This document shows positions 41,103 through 50,924 of a stretch of 64,000 nt of DNA, piece after piece (position 1 is the first letter of the stretch; the number at the start of each line of letters is the position of its first letter). The stretch comes from an uncultured Candidatus Saccharibacteria bacterium (lineage in GTDB: Bacteria > Patescibacteriota > Minisyncoccia > Phycocordibacterales > UBA6899): NCBI GenBank assembly GCA_964515375.1, contig CAZERF010000002.1, positions 29,164 to 93,163 on the forward strand, given 5' to 3'. The notes below the pieces were generated by a model. The model did no database searches, was not told where the DNA came from, and was given only the letters and a program-made list of their open reading frames with translations. The position numbers and the translations under genes were made by a program.

Positions 41103-41633
41103 CTAGTCGGCGTTGGTGTATACATCCTGGACCTCGTCGTTTGACTCCAGTTCTTCGATGATCCTTGAGAGTGTCGCTCCGTCGTCGTCGGAGAGGGGAA
41201 TCGTGGAGTTGGGTTCCCATCCTTCTTCGGTCTTGGTGAACGCCCACACGGCGGCTCCTTGTGCAGCGAGCGATCCGCCGTTCTTGGAGAGGATGTGCTT
41301 GATCTCTTGGGCGGCTTTGTTGCGGTTGCCGGTGAACGCTTCGATGATGAGTGCGCATCCTCCCGGCCCGTACCCTTCGTAGGTAAGAGCTTCCATGGTG
41401 TCCACTTCCCCCCCCGCACCCTTTTTGACCGCACGATCAATGGTGTCTTTCGGCATGTTCTCCTTCTTTGCCTTTTCGATCAACATACGCAAACCCGGCG
41501 AGTTCACGTCGCCATTTGCCTTCTTTGACTCGGTGGCGATAAGACTACCAAGTTTTCCGAAGAGTTTTGATTTCTTCGCATCCTCCGCTCCTTTCTGGCG
41601 CTTGATCTGCGCCCATTTGCTATGTCCTGACAT
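41103..41633 (-). CDS. yebC: YebC/PmpR family protein (short form)
   Basis: MSGHSKWAQIKRQKG, NMPKDTIDRA, YEGYGPGG, VQDVYTN. Confidence 0.92.
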   Translation of the reverse strand: MSGHSKWAQIKRQKGAEDAKKSKLFGKLGSLIATESKKANGDVNSPGLRMLIEKAKKENMPKDTIDRAVKKGAGGEVDTMEALTYEGYGPGGCALIIEAFTGNRNKAAQEIKHILSKNGGSLAAQGAAVWAFTKTEEGWEPNSTIPLSDDDGATLSRIIEELESNDEVQDVYTNAD

Positions 41634-41696
41634 ATTCGCGTGATTATAGACTAGATGTATGCATCATAGCGAAAGAGGACATACTTGCGCAACCGT

Positions 41697-42707
41697 TTAT
41701 GTCTCAAGAGGAAATTCGAACCCTAAATGTTCGTATGCCTTCTTTGTGGCAACGCGACCGCGAGGAGTGCGTTCGATGAGGCCAAGTTTCAAGAGATACG
41801 GTTCGTAGACTTCCTCAATGGTCGCCTGTTCTTCGCTCGTCGCTGCGGCGATCGTGGAGAGTCCGACCGGTCCCCCGTTGAATTTTTCGATCATGATCGA
41901 GAGCATTGTGCGGTCGGGTTGTGTGAGTCCGATCTCGTCGATCTCAAGGAGTTGGAGTGCATGATGGACGGCGGAGCGATCGAGATCTCTTCGAGAGACC
42001 TGTGCGAAATCACGCGCGCGCTTCAAGAGATAGTTTGCCGTTCTTGGTGTGTGACGGCTCCGTCGTGCGATCTCCATGCTCGCTTCTTCGTCGAGGGTGA
42101 TGTTGAGAATGGTTGCGGAGCGACGAATGATCCGCGCGATCTCGTCTTCGCTATAGAATTCAAGACGAAAAACACCACCGCCAAAACGCGAGCGAAGCGG
42201 CGATGAAAGGAGAGCGATGCGAGTCGTCGCGGCGATCAGGGTGAAGGGAGGGAGTTCGAGCTGGATCGTGCGCGCGGAAGGACCTTTTCCGATGATGATA
42301 TCGAGCACACCGGACTCCATTGCCGGGTAGAGAATCTCTTCCACCATTTTGTTCAAGCGGTGGATCTCGTCGATGAAGAGGATGTCTCCGGGGTTCAAGT
42401 TGGTGAGGATCGAGGCGAGATCGCCCACTTTTTCGATCGCGGGTCCGGAAGTACTCTTGAGCTGTGCCGCGGTCTCCTTGGCGATCAAGTGTGCGATTGT
42501 CGTTTTTCCGAGTCCGGGGGGGCCGTAGAAGAGGAGATGTTCGGGTGGATGCTTGCGCTCTTTTGCTGCGGAAAGCAGGATCTCGAGATTCTGCTTGATG
42601 TGCTCTTGTCCGATATACTCTTCCCATGTCTCCGGGCGGAGGGTCTGGTCGAGAAAAAGGGCTTCTTTTGGTTGTTTTGCGGTATTTCGCTCGTCGGTTC
42701 TTGACAT
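41697..42707 (-). CDS. ruvB: Holliday junction branch migration helicase RuvB
   Basis: [37 protein letters not shown]. Confidence 0.97.
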   Translation of the reverse strand: MSRTDERNTAKQPKEALFLDQTLRPETWEEYIGQEHIKQNLEILLSAAKERKHPPEHLLFYGPPGLGKTTIAHLIAKETAAQLKSTSGPAIEKVGDLASILTNLNPGDILFIDEIHRLNKMVEEILYPAMESGVLDIIIGKGPSARTIQLELPPFTLIAATTRIALLSSPLRSRFGGGVFRLEFYSEDEIARIIRRSATILNITLDEEASMEIARRSRHTPRTANYLLKRARDFAQVSRRDLDRSAVHHALQLLEIDEIGLTQPDRTMLSIMIEKFNGGPVGLSTIAAATSEEQATIEEVYEPYLLKLGLIERTPRGRVATKKAYEHLGFEFPLET

Positions 42708-42914
42708 GAAAATTGGTTATGCTATACTCTCGACAGTCGAGAGTTTTTGGCGTGTTTTTCGCCCGATCTCTTCCTCAGTATGCCATGAGTGCGACACTTC
42801 TCAAAGTGCCCGCGTTCAGCTTCTGATTACAGTCTTGACCCGATGCGTTCTTGATGGGGAGACCCGCAAGACCTTCCGGATCACGGCGGGGGTACATGCT
42901 GTCGGATAAAACAC

Positions 42915-42943
42915 TTGACAATGTTTTGAAAACGTGATAAGCT
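42915..42943 (+). promoter_or_regulatory. Sigma70-type promoter with no protein gene directly downstream
   Basis: TTGACA-17 nt-TAAGCT with TG extension. Confidence 0.7.
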
Positions 42944-42949
42944 GGCAAC

Positions 42950-43160
42950 AGTAATTTCACAGGAGACATGCGCTTCGAGTGTGTCACCCTTCAAACTACT
43001 AAGGCCCCACAGGCTTCCATGATATTTCTCCGAGGATTCCCTGGTTGTCGCCCCGTGCGTACGTACTGGTGATCCCCTTAGGAAGGTATTTAACTTTTCA
43101 TATTATTGTGAGAAGTAGTTGTTTGAAGGGTAACGTGCTTGAATATTCAAGATTCTCCAC
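42950..43160 (+). ncRNA. Rod-shaped ~200-nt RNA, probably 6S RNA
   Basis: 42974-42996 pairs with 43121-43143 including G-U pairs; GGAGA/TCTCC closing stem; internal bubble; flanked by promoter and terminator. Confidence 0.55.
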
Positions 43161-43189
43161 CCAAAAAGGACCCACAGGGTCCTTTTTGG
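43161..43189 (+). terminator. Intrinsic terminator
   Basis: CCAAAAAGGACCC-aca-GGGTCCTTTTTGG. Confidence 0.8.
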
Positions 43190-43203
43190 TATAATTGTCT
43201 CGT

Positions 43204-43467
43204 ATGAAGCATATTTTTCTCTCTGATTGGTATGTCGTTAAGAGATCGTCCGTGGTCTTTTTCGGATCTTGTATCTTCTTTGTGCCGCTTGTTTCATTTG
43301 CAACAATATCAGCGGAGCCTGTTTCTTTGGTTGGTAGATTTTTTGATACTCATTACGAACAATTGGTACTTCTTTTTGCTTTTCTTTCCGGGTTATTTGT
43401 ATATCCGTATTTTTCCGGTTTAGGTTGGTGGTCGAAATATCTGCGCAAGAAAAAGGATTCCGAGTAG
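43204..43467 (+). CDS. Small two-TM membrane protein
   Basis: TATAAT 8 nt before ATG; two hydrophobic segments, basic tail; AT-rich. Confidence 0.55.
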   Translation: MKHIFLSDWYVVKRSSVVFFGSCIFFVPLVSFATISAEPVSLVGRFFDTHYEQLVLLFAFLSGLFVYPYFSGLGWWSKYLRKKKDSE

Positions 43468-43567
43468 TATTTGCTATAAGTTTTTTCTTTGACCCCCTCA
43501 TGCAAAAAGGACACACAGGGTCCTTTTTGATTATCGTTATTGATGATCGATCCTCAACTTCCAACTT

Positions 43568-45247
43568 TTATCGCCCTTCATTGAAACCGACGGCGCGCTC
43601 TATTTCGTCCATTGTGGTAACACCTCTGATCGCCTTGACGATCCCATCCTGACGCATATCGAGGATTCCTTGCGGCTGAGCGGCTTCCTTGATCTCGCGT
43701 TCGCTCGGGTTCTCGCGGAGAACATCTTCGACCGCGCGATCCATGAGGATACCTTCGTAGATCGAGATACGACCTTTGTACCCGGTGAAAGAACACTTCT
43801 CGCACCCTTTCGCTCGCCAGAGGGTTTGGGGGTAGATGATATTCGGACGATACTTTTCAATAATGACAAAATCACGATCAATGACCTCGCGTTCTTTTCC
43901 AACGGGAGTGTATTCTTCATTGCAGTAACGACAGAGGCGGCGGACAAGACGTTGCCCGATCGCGATATTCAGGGCGGAGCTGATGATCTTGGGGTTTACA
44001 CCGATGTCGATAAGACGAGGAATGGCGCCGGCGGCGTTGTTGGTGTGGAGAGTTGAAAAGACGATATGACCGGTGAGTGCGGAATCGATGGCAACCGAAG
44101 CCGTCTCTTCGTCGCGAATTTCACCGACCATGATCACATCGGGGTCTTGGCGCACCGCGGCGCGAAGGCCGTTGCCGAAGTCATATCCCTTATCGTGGTC
44201 GACCTGGGTCTGTGAGATGCCGTCCAAATGATATTCGATCGGATCTTCAATGGTGATGACCTTGATCTGTGGGTTGCGGAGTTTTTTGAGACAGGCGTAG
44301 AGTGTTGTTGTTTTTCCGGAGCCGGTGGGTCCGGTGGTGAGGATCAGTCCGTTTGGTTTGTGGATCTGTTCAAGCATGACCTTGTAGAAGTACTCATCCA
44401 TACCGAGTTCTTCGAGCGGAACGGAGATGGATTTTGGATTCAAGATACGCATCACGATGGATTCGGCATATGCGGCAGGGAGAATCGAAGTACGTACCTC
44501 AACATCAACCCCATCGATCTTGATCGTGAAGCGACCATCTTGAGCTTCGTGAAGAAGGTTAAGTTTTACCCCTGCAAGAAGTTTGATACGCGAAAGAATA
44601 CGGTGATAGTCGGGGTGTTTGAGTTGAACGACGTCTTGCAAAATACCGTCAAGACGATAGCGCACGCGGACAATATCCTTTTCCGGTTCAAAATGCACAT
44701 CAGACACTCCGGTCGCCACCGCGCCACCCATGATGATCTCGACAACACTTGAGAGTGAATGCGTGTCTCCTGAGCCCAGTGCGGAGAGAACGACATCTTT
44801 GACGTCGACAATTCCCTTGATAGTGGATACGTAGTTACCCATCGTCTCTTCGGAAATGGACATTACCCCGGCATCCTGGGCTTTTGCATAGGAAACTTCG
44901 TCGTAGATTCTCCACGCGCGGCGAATACCAAATTCGGACGCAATGGAAGGAATGACCGTATATCCCTGACGCTCTAATTCAGTGATGATATTGCTTACTT
45001 TTTGAGAGTTGGGCGTCTGTACAGCCATCATGATCTGACGCTGGTTCAGTTGGTAGATCACAACCATCGCATCCTCCGCGATAGGGCGGGTAATGAGACG
45101 AATCGCAGTGTTGTCGATCGTTGTGCGAGAGAGATCAACATAGGGGAGGTCGTAGTGTTCCGCAAGCACCTGTGCGAGGGACTCAGCCTCTTTTTCACGC
45201 ATTGAATCAAAGAGTTTCTTGTCTTTTTTGTCGTCAAAAGTTGTCAT
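43568..45247 (-). CDS. Second PilB/GspE-family ATPase
   Basis: VSDVHFEP, GPTGSGKTT, TIEDPIEY, RQDPDVIMVGEIRD, CxxC..CxxC. Confidence 0.92.
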   Translation of the reverse strand: MTTFDDKKDKKLFDSMREKEAESLAQVLAEHYDLPYVDLSRTTIDNTAIRLITRPIAEDAMVVIYQLNQRQIMMAVQTPNSQKVSNIITELERQGYTVIPSIASEFGIRRAWRIYDEVSYAKAQDAGVMSISEETMGNYVSTIKGIVDVKDVVLSALGSGDTHSLSSVVEIIMGGAVATGVSDVHFEPEKDIVRVRYRLDGILQDVVQLKHPDYHRILSRIKLLAGVKLNLLHEAQDGRFTIKIDGVDVEVRTSILPAAYAESIVMRILNPKSISVPLEELGMDEYFYKVMLEQIHKPNGLILTTGPTGSGKTTTLYACLKKLRNPQIKVITIEDPIEYHLDGISQTQVDHDKGYDFGNGLRAAVRQDPDVIMVGEIRDEETASVAIDSALTGHIVFSTLHTNNAAGAIPRLIDIGVNPKIISSALNIAIGQRLVRRLCRYCNEEYTPVGKEREVIDRDFVIIEKYRPNIIYPQTLWRAKGCEKCSFTGYKGRISIYEGILMDRAVEDVLRENPSEREIKEAAQPQGILDMRQDGIVKAIRGVTTMDEIERAVGFNEGR

Positions 45248-45346
45248 TTCTTACTCATTGTACCCGCGGTTCACCTGCTTCACAAGGCGGACCGCAGTGT
45301 GTATAGGAGTATTTGACAAATATCTTAAATGGTGTATAATAGAAAC

Positions 45347-46939
45347 ATGAGAAAACGATCCAATTTCCTCACTGCTCTGATCAGTACGCTTTCCATTAGC
45401 GCGCTTGTTTTTCCTCTTTTTGCATCCGCATATCAGGCGGCTCCTTTTTCGGTCACAACCGCTCCGCTTTTCATTACGGAGAAAAGTGTTCGCTTGACGG
45501 GGCAGGTCAATTCGAACGAGATGCCCGACACCTATCAATGGTTTGAGTGGGGAGTGGTCGGGAAAAGCGATGTCTATACGACCCCGCACAGGTCTTTTGG
45601 TTCGGGGAGCACATTGCGCAATACGTCCGAGAACTTGAGCGGGCTTGCGCCGAATATGCAATATTTCTATCGACAAGTCGCAGAGAACGGTCGCGGTAAG
45701 AGTGTCGGAATGAACGTCTACTTCACGACAAAACCACTTCCGGTCTCGACTACCCCGATCCTTGTTGTGGAAACGAGAACGCCGACCGCCATCACGGAAA
45801 ATAGTGTCACACTGAAAGGGTACGTTAGTCCGCACGGGAACTCCCAGTCACGTTATTGGTTCGAATGGGGTGCAACCATGGAGCTTTCGAATCGTACGTC
45901 TTCTCGAACTACGGGAACGAATTCTACGAACGTTGAACAGCGACTCACCAACCTGTTGCCGGGAACCCCTTATTTCTATCGCATCGTCGGGGAGAATGAC
46001 CTTGGGATCGTGTATGGAACAACGCGAATGGTTGTGACTCATGGTGTCCCTCCGGAAGTCGTCACCTCAGAGGCTCCGCGTGAGCAATATGTTCCACCCT
46101 CGTCTTCCTCCGGTGATGGAGTTGATCGCACTGTGACAACCAGCGGAAAAGATGACGGCCGTACCTCTGGTGCCGGTGATTCCGGGTACAATGCGTTTCG
46201 TCCGGCTTCGTCGATCCCCAACCCGATCAGCTTTGGCTTCTTTTCGAAAAAACCTTCAAGTGGAACCACGACGGAAGTTTCGGGATCGACCCAAACATCT
46301 AATCCCTTTTCGCGCTTTTTCGGCTCTCTTTCCGGGAAAGATGTTGCGGTCGTTGTTGAGAAGGTCGGACCGGAGAAGGTCCCCGCGCATACCCCCGTTG
46401 AATATCGTATTTCCTACCTTTACCAAAAATCCATTCCGGCAACTTCTGCACAGCTCAAGATCGTTCTTCCGGAACATGTCGTGTATATTGGCGACAACAC
46501 CGTTAATGAGTTGTTGCTTGAGGAAAGCCCCGGTCCGGAGCGGACATATGTACTTCCGCTCGGGAGATTAGAGAACGGCGCATCACGCACGGTAAGTATT
46601 CTCGGCATGACCACCGCATCGGCGCAGGGTACATTCCCTGAAGCCCGAGCGCGATTGGAGTATGCTGATCCCTCTGGTGTAGTCGTTGTTGTCGCGGGAG
46701 AAGAGGGGGTGCTTGATGAGGACGCGGAGACAACACAAGGAGACACCTCATTCTCGATCCTCCCACACTCACTTCTTGGCTGGGTCCTCTACCTCCTCGT
46801 GGTTGTCGGTACGATCATTGGGGTGCGCAAGGTAAAGGAATACTACGCGCGCCGCAAGGAAGAGATCGCCAAAGAAGAAGAACTGCACAAAGCACAAGTA
46901 AGCGCACAAGAAGCTGAAAAGAAGGGGTCACTCGCGTGA
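45347..46939 (+). CDS. Surface protein with two FN3-like repeats and C-terminal TM anchor
   Basis: Signal peptide; repeated WFEWG...L..L.P...YFYR.V.EN..G motif; C-terminal TM. Confidence 0.8.
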   Translation: MRKRSNFLTALISTLSISALVFPLFASAYQAAPFSVTTAPLFITEKSVRLTGQVNSNEMPDTYQWFEWGVVGKSDVYTTPHRSFGSGSTLRNTSENLSGLAPNMQYFYRQVAENGRGKSVGMNVYFTTKPLPVSTTPILVVETRTPTAITENSVTLKGYVSPHGNSQSRYWFEWGATMELSNRTSSRTTGTNSTNVEQRLTNLLPGTPYFYRIVGENDLGIVYGTTRMVVTHGVPPEVVTSEAPREQYVPPSSSSGDGVDRTVTTSGKDDGRTSGAGDSGYNAFRPASSIPNPISFGFFSKKPSSGTTTEVSGSTQTSNPFSRFFGSLSGKDVAVVVEKVGPEKVPAHTPVEYRISYLYQKSIPATSAQLKIVLPEHVVYIGDNTVNELLLEESPGPERTYVLPLGRLENGASRTVSILGMTTASAQGTFPEARARLEYADPSGVVVVVAGEEGVLDEDAETTQGDTSFSILPHSLLGWVLYLLVVVGTIIGVRKVKEYYARRKEEIAKEEELHKAQVSAQEAEKKGSLA

Positions 46940-47008
46940 TATCAGGGGTCAACACTACTACACACCGGCATTCGCAGAAAGAATGTCGGCGTGTTAGCAT
47001 TGGTGCAC

Positions 47009-47437
47009 ATGACACGAACGATCAGAAGCATTCCGGAAATGAAGGTGTTTGCGCGCGAATTTCTCTCAACGCTTACGCCACACACTGAACGCGCCACGAT
47101 TGTTGGACTCTCAGGTGATCTTGGGAGTGGAAAGACCGCGTTCGTCAAATGCCTCGCCGAAGAGCTTGGTGTCGTCGAAGAGGTGCTTTCTCCGACGTTT
47201 GTGATCGCAAAATTCTACGACCTCAAGGGTCAACAATGGAAACGCATCGTGCATATTGATGCGTATCGTATCGAGGACCCCATGGAGATCGCGGTCGTGG
47301 GATGGGATCGCCTTTGCGCCGACCCCGAGTTGCTTGTGTTGGTCGAATGGTCGGAGCAGCTGAAGGAGCGTTTTCCGCACGATGCGACCATGCTTCATTT
47401 TCTCTTTATTGACGAAATGACCCGAGAGGTCCGATAA
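47009..47437 (+). CDS. tsaE: t6A biosynthesis ATPase TsaE
   Basis: LSGDLGSGKT, VLSPTF, HIDAYR, VEW. Confidence 0.93.
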   Translation: MTRTIRSIPEMKVFAREFLSTLTPHTERATIVGLSGDLGSGKTAFVKCLAEELGVVEEVLSPTFVIAKFYDLKGQQWKRIVHIDAYRIEDPMEIAVVGWDRLCADPELLVLVEWSEQLKERFPHDATMLHFLFIDEMTREVR

Positions 47438-47449
47438 TAAAGGTATTCC

Positions 47450-47689
47450 ATGTCATGCAGAGTCCGATTTTTCCGTGACGGAAAGCAGGCGAAAGAAACG
47501 CGTCAGTTTTTGAACGGACGAGGGATCAAGAGTTATCTTCGTGAACGCAGTCCGTCGACGGTCATTCCCGGCGAAGAACCCTACGGGTTCGACGTTTTTG
47601 TGTTATGCGATGACGATATTGACGACGCGCGTCAGCTTTTGGACTATGAATTCGGTCGCGGGTGGGGAGAATCCGCCGGCGCTCGGTAG
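47450..47689 (+). CDS. Small hypothetical protein (DUF2007-like)
   Basis: A....FLNGRGIKSYL...V...D.DDARQLL pattern. Confidence 0.5.
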   Translation: MSCRVRFFRDGKQAKETRQFLNGRGIKSYLRERSPSTVIPGEEPYGFDVFVLCDDDIDDARQLLDYEFGRGWGESAGAR

Positions 47690-47766
47690 TTCGAGTAGGA
47701 AACGCTAAACCGAAGCTTTTTCTCGTGTCAATCGCATAGTTGCGTGTTGCTTGTTATGATGAGTCC

Positions 47767-50166
47767 ATGATCACAAAAGAACACAAGATCCGACTCGTCC
47801 TCTTCGATGCGCATGCGATCATTCATCGTGCATATCACGCTATTCCCGACTTTGCGACCTCACAAGGTGAGCCGACCGGCGGTCTCTACGGACTCTCCAC
47901 GATGCTTTTGCGTGCGATCGACGAATTTGCCCCCGACCATATGGCGGCATGCTATGACCTTCCCGAGCCGACCTTTCGTCACAAGAAATATGACGCGTAC
48001 AAAGCGGGGAGAAAAAAGGCGGACGATGCGCTGGTGAGTCAGCTCGAGCGATCACGGGACATTTTCACCGCATTTCATATCCCGATCTACGACGCGCCCG
48101 GATTTGAGGCTGACGACATGCTCGGGACGATCGTCGAGCAGTTGAAGGGCCGCGAGGATGTCGAGATCCTCATTGTGACGGGAGATATGGATACGCTTCA
48201 GCTTGTTTCTGGGAAGCGGGTCTGTGTGTATACGCTCAAAAGAGGCCTGAACGACACGATCGTGTACGACGAAGCAAGGGTCGTTGAGCGTTTCGGTTTT
48301 TCACCGCTTCAACTTCCTGATTACAAAGGACTCCGTGGCGACCCTTCGGACAACATTATTGGTATCGCAGGAATCGGCGAGAAGACGGGCGCGGAATTGA
48401 TTCAAAAGTTCGGGACCGTTGAGGGAATCTACGCCGAATTGGCCAAGGGGAAAGAGTGTGTGATCGCCCAAGGGGTCAAGCCACGTATTGTCGAACTCTT
48501 GGTTGCTGGTGAGGAAGAGGCATTATTTTCCAAGATGTTGGCGACGATTCGCCGGGACGCACCGATCACTTTTGTCCTCCCTTCTGTAACATGGAGAGAG
48601 GAATTTGACCCTGAGGATGTGCTCAAACTTTTCGCGTCACTTGAATTTCGTTCGTTGGTCACGCGAATTCGTCAGCTTTTTGTGAAGAGCGCGGATAAAG
48701 AGAGCGAAGCGAAGGATGATCCTACCCGAGGGCGGGCGGAGGAAACAAGTGAACCGATCGATCCGATACTGCTTCGCGAAGCGCAGATCGCACTCTGGCT
48801 TCTTGATTCGGACAAAACAACACCAAGCATCGATGATATTGCCGAATACACAGGAGAACACACGCTTTCGTCCTCGCTCTTACTGTTGAAAGAAAGGCTC
48901 AAAAAGGAAGGTCTCATTGAGTTGTACGAGCAGATCGAATTGCCGCTCATTCCGATCATTGCGCGACTTGAGCAAAAGGGGATCATGCTTGATTCCGAGT
49001 ATCTCGAGGGGATCTCTCGTTCCTATCATGAAAAGCAGGACGAACTTGAGCGCAAGATCTACTCCCTTGCTGGCGAAGAATTCAATATCAATTCGCCAAA
49101 GCAAATGGGGGTCGTACTCTTTGATCACATGGGGCTCACCGCGAAGGGACTCAAGAAGACCGAAGGAGGCGCACGCTCGACGCGGGAGTCGGAACTCGAA
49201 AAGCTCAAGGACGCACATCCGATCATCGCGACGATATTGGAGTACCGCGAGGTTCAGAAACTTCTTTCTACCTACATCGACACACTCCCGCGTCTTGCAG
49301 ATGAAGAGGGAAGGGTCCATACTCGGCTCCATCAGGACGGAACGACCACGGGGAGATTCTCCTCTTCCGACCCGAATCTGCAGAATATTCCGGTGCGTGA
49401 AGGGTTGGGTGAGATGATCCGAGACGCTTTCGTTGCTCCGGAAGGCAAAGTGTTGATGGCCTTTGATTACTCCCAGATCGAGATGCGGGTGCTCGCCATG
49501 CTCTCGGGCGACCCGGGTCTTCGGGAGATCTTCCTTTCGGGTGAAGATATTCACACATCGGTTGCCGCGCGTGTGTTCGGCGTTGTAGCGGACGCGGTCT
49601 CCAAGGAGATGCGTCGTCGCGCCAAGGTGATCAACTTCGGCATTGTCTATGGCATGGGGGTCAACGCGCTCAAGCAAAATCTTGGTTCCACGCGTGAAGA
49701 AGCTCAAGAATTTTATGACCAATATTTCATTTCCTTTCCCAAGATCGCGTCATATTTTGAACAAGTGACGGCCGATGCGACAAAGAATGGCTACACTGAA
49801 ACACTTTTTGGACGTCGCCGCCAATTTCCCAACTTGCGTTCGCGGGTTCCCTTCATGAAGGCGATGGCGGAGCGTATGGCGATGAACGCACCCCTTCAGG
49901 GAACGGCGGCAGATCTCGTGAAGATCGCCATGATTCGCGTTGATCATGCGATCATCGACGCGGGGCTCGACAAAGATGCCGAACTCCTACTTCAGGTGCA
50001 TGATGAGCTCATTTTTGAGGTTTCTGAAGACAAAAAGACGATTGCGAGGGTTGGAGAGGTTGTGCGCGCCGCAATGTCTTCTGTGGCGCAAGGGACCTCA
50101 GGTGAGGATATTCCGCTTGTGGTGAGTGAAAAGAAAGGCAAGCGCTGGGGAAGCATGACGGAGTAG
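47767..50166 (+). CDS. polA: DNA polymerase I (reduced 3'-5' exonuclease region)
   Basis: DAHAIIHRAYHA, GDPSDNI.G 5'-exonuclease; TGRFSSSDPNLQNIP, DYSQIEMR, KVINFGIVYG, LQVHDEL. Confidence 0.96.
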   Translation: MITKEHKIRLVLFDAHAIIHRAYHAIPDFATSQGEPTGGLYGLSTMLLRAIDEFAPDHMAACYDLPEPTFRHKKYDAYKAGRKKADDALVSQLERSRDIFTAFHIPIYDAPGFEADDMLGTIVEQLKGREDVEILIVTGDMDTLQLVSGKRVCVYTLKRGLNDTIVYDEARVVERFGFSPLQLPDYKGLRGDPSDNIIGIAGIGEKTGAELIQKFGTVEGIYAELAKGKECVIAQGVKPRIVELLVAGEEEALFSKMLATIRRDAPITFVLPSVTWREEFDPEDVLKLFASLEFRSLVTRIRQLFVKSADKESEAKDDPTRGRAEETSEPIDPILLREAQIALWLLDSDKTTPSIDDIAEYTGEHTLSSSLLLLKERLKKEGLIELYEQIELPLIPIIARLEQKGIMLDSEYLEGISRSYHEKQDELERKIYSLAGEEFNINSPKQMGVVLFDHMGLTAKGLKKTEGGARSTRESELEKLKDAHPIIATILEYREVQKLLSTYIDTLPRLADEEGRVHTRLHQDGTTTGRFSSSDPNLQNIPVREGLGEMIRDAFVAPEGKVLMAFDYSQIEMRVLAMLSGDPGLREIFLSGEDIHTSVAARVFGVVADAVSKEMRRRAKVINFGIVYGMGVNALKQNLGSTREEAQEFYDQYFISFPKIASYFEQVTADATKNGYTETLFGRRRQFPNLRSRVPFMKAMAERMAMNAPLQGTAADLVKIAMIRVDHAIIDAGLDKDAELLLQVHDELIFEVSEDKKTIARVGEVVRAAMSSVAQGTSGEDIPLVVSEKKGKRWGSMTE

Positions 50167-50446
50167 TTGTGCAAAGCCCGGTTTTGTACACGTTAAACCG
50201 AGTTTTTCGTCGTTTCCAAGAATAGGCTTTTTCCGTTAGGGGGGGGTTGCACGGAAGTTAGCGGTTCTCTGCAAGGTTCACCCTTAGGTGTGAGAATATA
50301 GGCTTTTTGTGCGTTTTTTTGTCGTGCGAAAAACCAACCCCCCTCATATCATTGAAATTCGCGAAGAATTTGTTGGCAAAACTTGACTTTTGTGCCTATT
50401 TGGTGTTATAATATAAGAAGATGAACTATGTCCAAAGGAGGACATC

Positions 50447-50821
50447 ATGAAAACGCTCAAAAATTTGATTATTGCTTTTCTTGTGGTCACGCTCTCCGGT
50501 TGCGCGATCTATGGAGGGAAAGATCGTCACGGCACGTCGCGTTATGGGAATGCCGAGATTCTCGGCGGCACCGGTGCGGTTATTGGGGCTGCTGTTGTTG
50601 AGAGTAACCCTCTGCTCGGCGCGGCGGGTCTTGGGGTGGCCGGGTACTACCTTGGGCGGTCGATGGACCGCAAGGAAGCTGCGGTGGGGCACACCGACTG
50701 TAAAGCGGTCATTCAGCGATCTTATAACCGCGATGGAAGCATTTCTGAAGTTCTTGTGAACGACGAACGTTGTCAGTCGTTCAAGACAACCCCCGGCTAT
50801 CGTGACGGATTCAATCGGTAG
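50447..50821 (+). CDS. Small lipoprotein with glycine-zipper-like segment
   Basis: Lipobox LSG|C; GGTGAVIGAAV...GAAGLGVAGYYLG; strong SD and TTGACT-18 nt-TATAAT promoter. Confidence 0.8.
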   Translation: MKTLKNLIIAFLVVTLSGCAIYGGKDRHGTSRYGNAEILGGTGAVIGAAVVESNPLLGAAGLGVAGYYLGRSMDRKEAAVGHTDCKAVIQRSYNRDGSISEVLVNDERCQSFKTTPGYRDGFNR

Positions 50822-50924
50822 TAAAAGTACCTTCGACCATTCTCTTTTTTGGGAGTGGTCTTTTTTTTGCACAGAATATCGAAGGCGTTTGATGCCTTCT
50901 TGTGAATGAGCTAGACTGGTGTGT

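Noticed and set aside
41103-41633. Short YebC as a pseudogene
   Set aside because: Both N- and C-terminal motifs are intact in one frame, consistent with an internal domain loss in a reduced genome.
42968-43072. Short ORF after AGGAG inside the 6S-like RNA
   Set aside because: The SD is only 2 nt from the ATG, and long-range pairing explains the sequence better.
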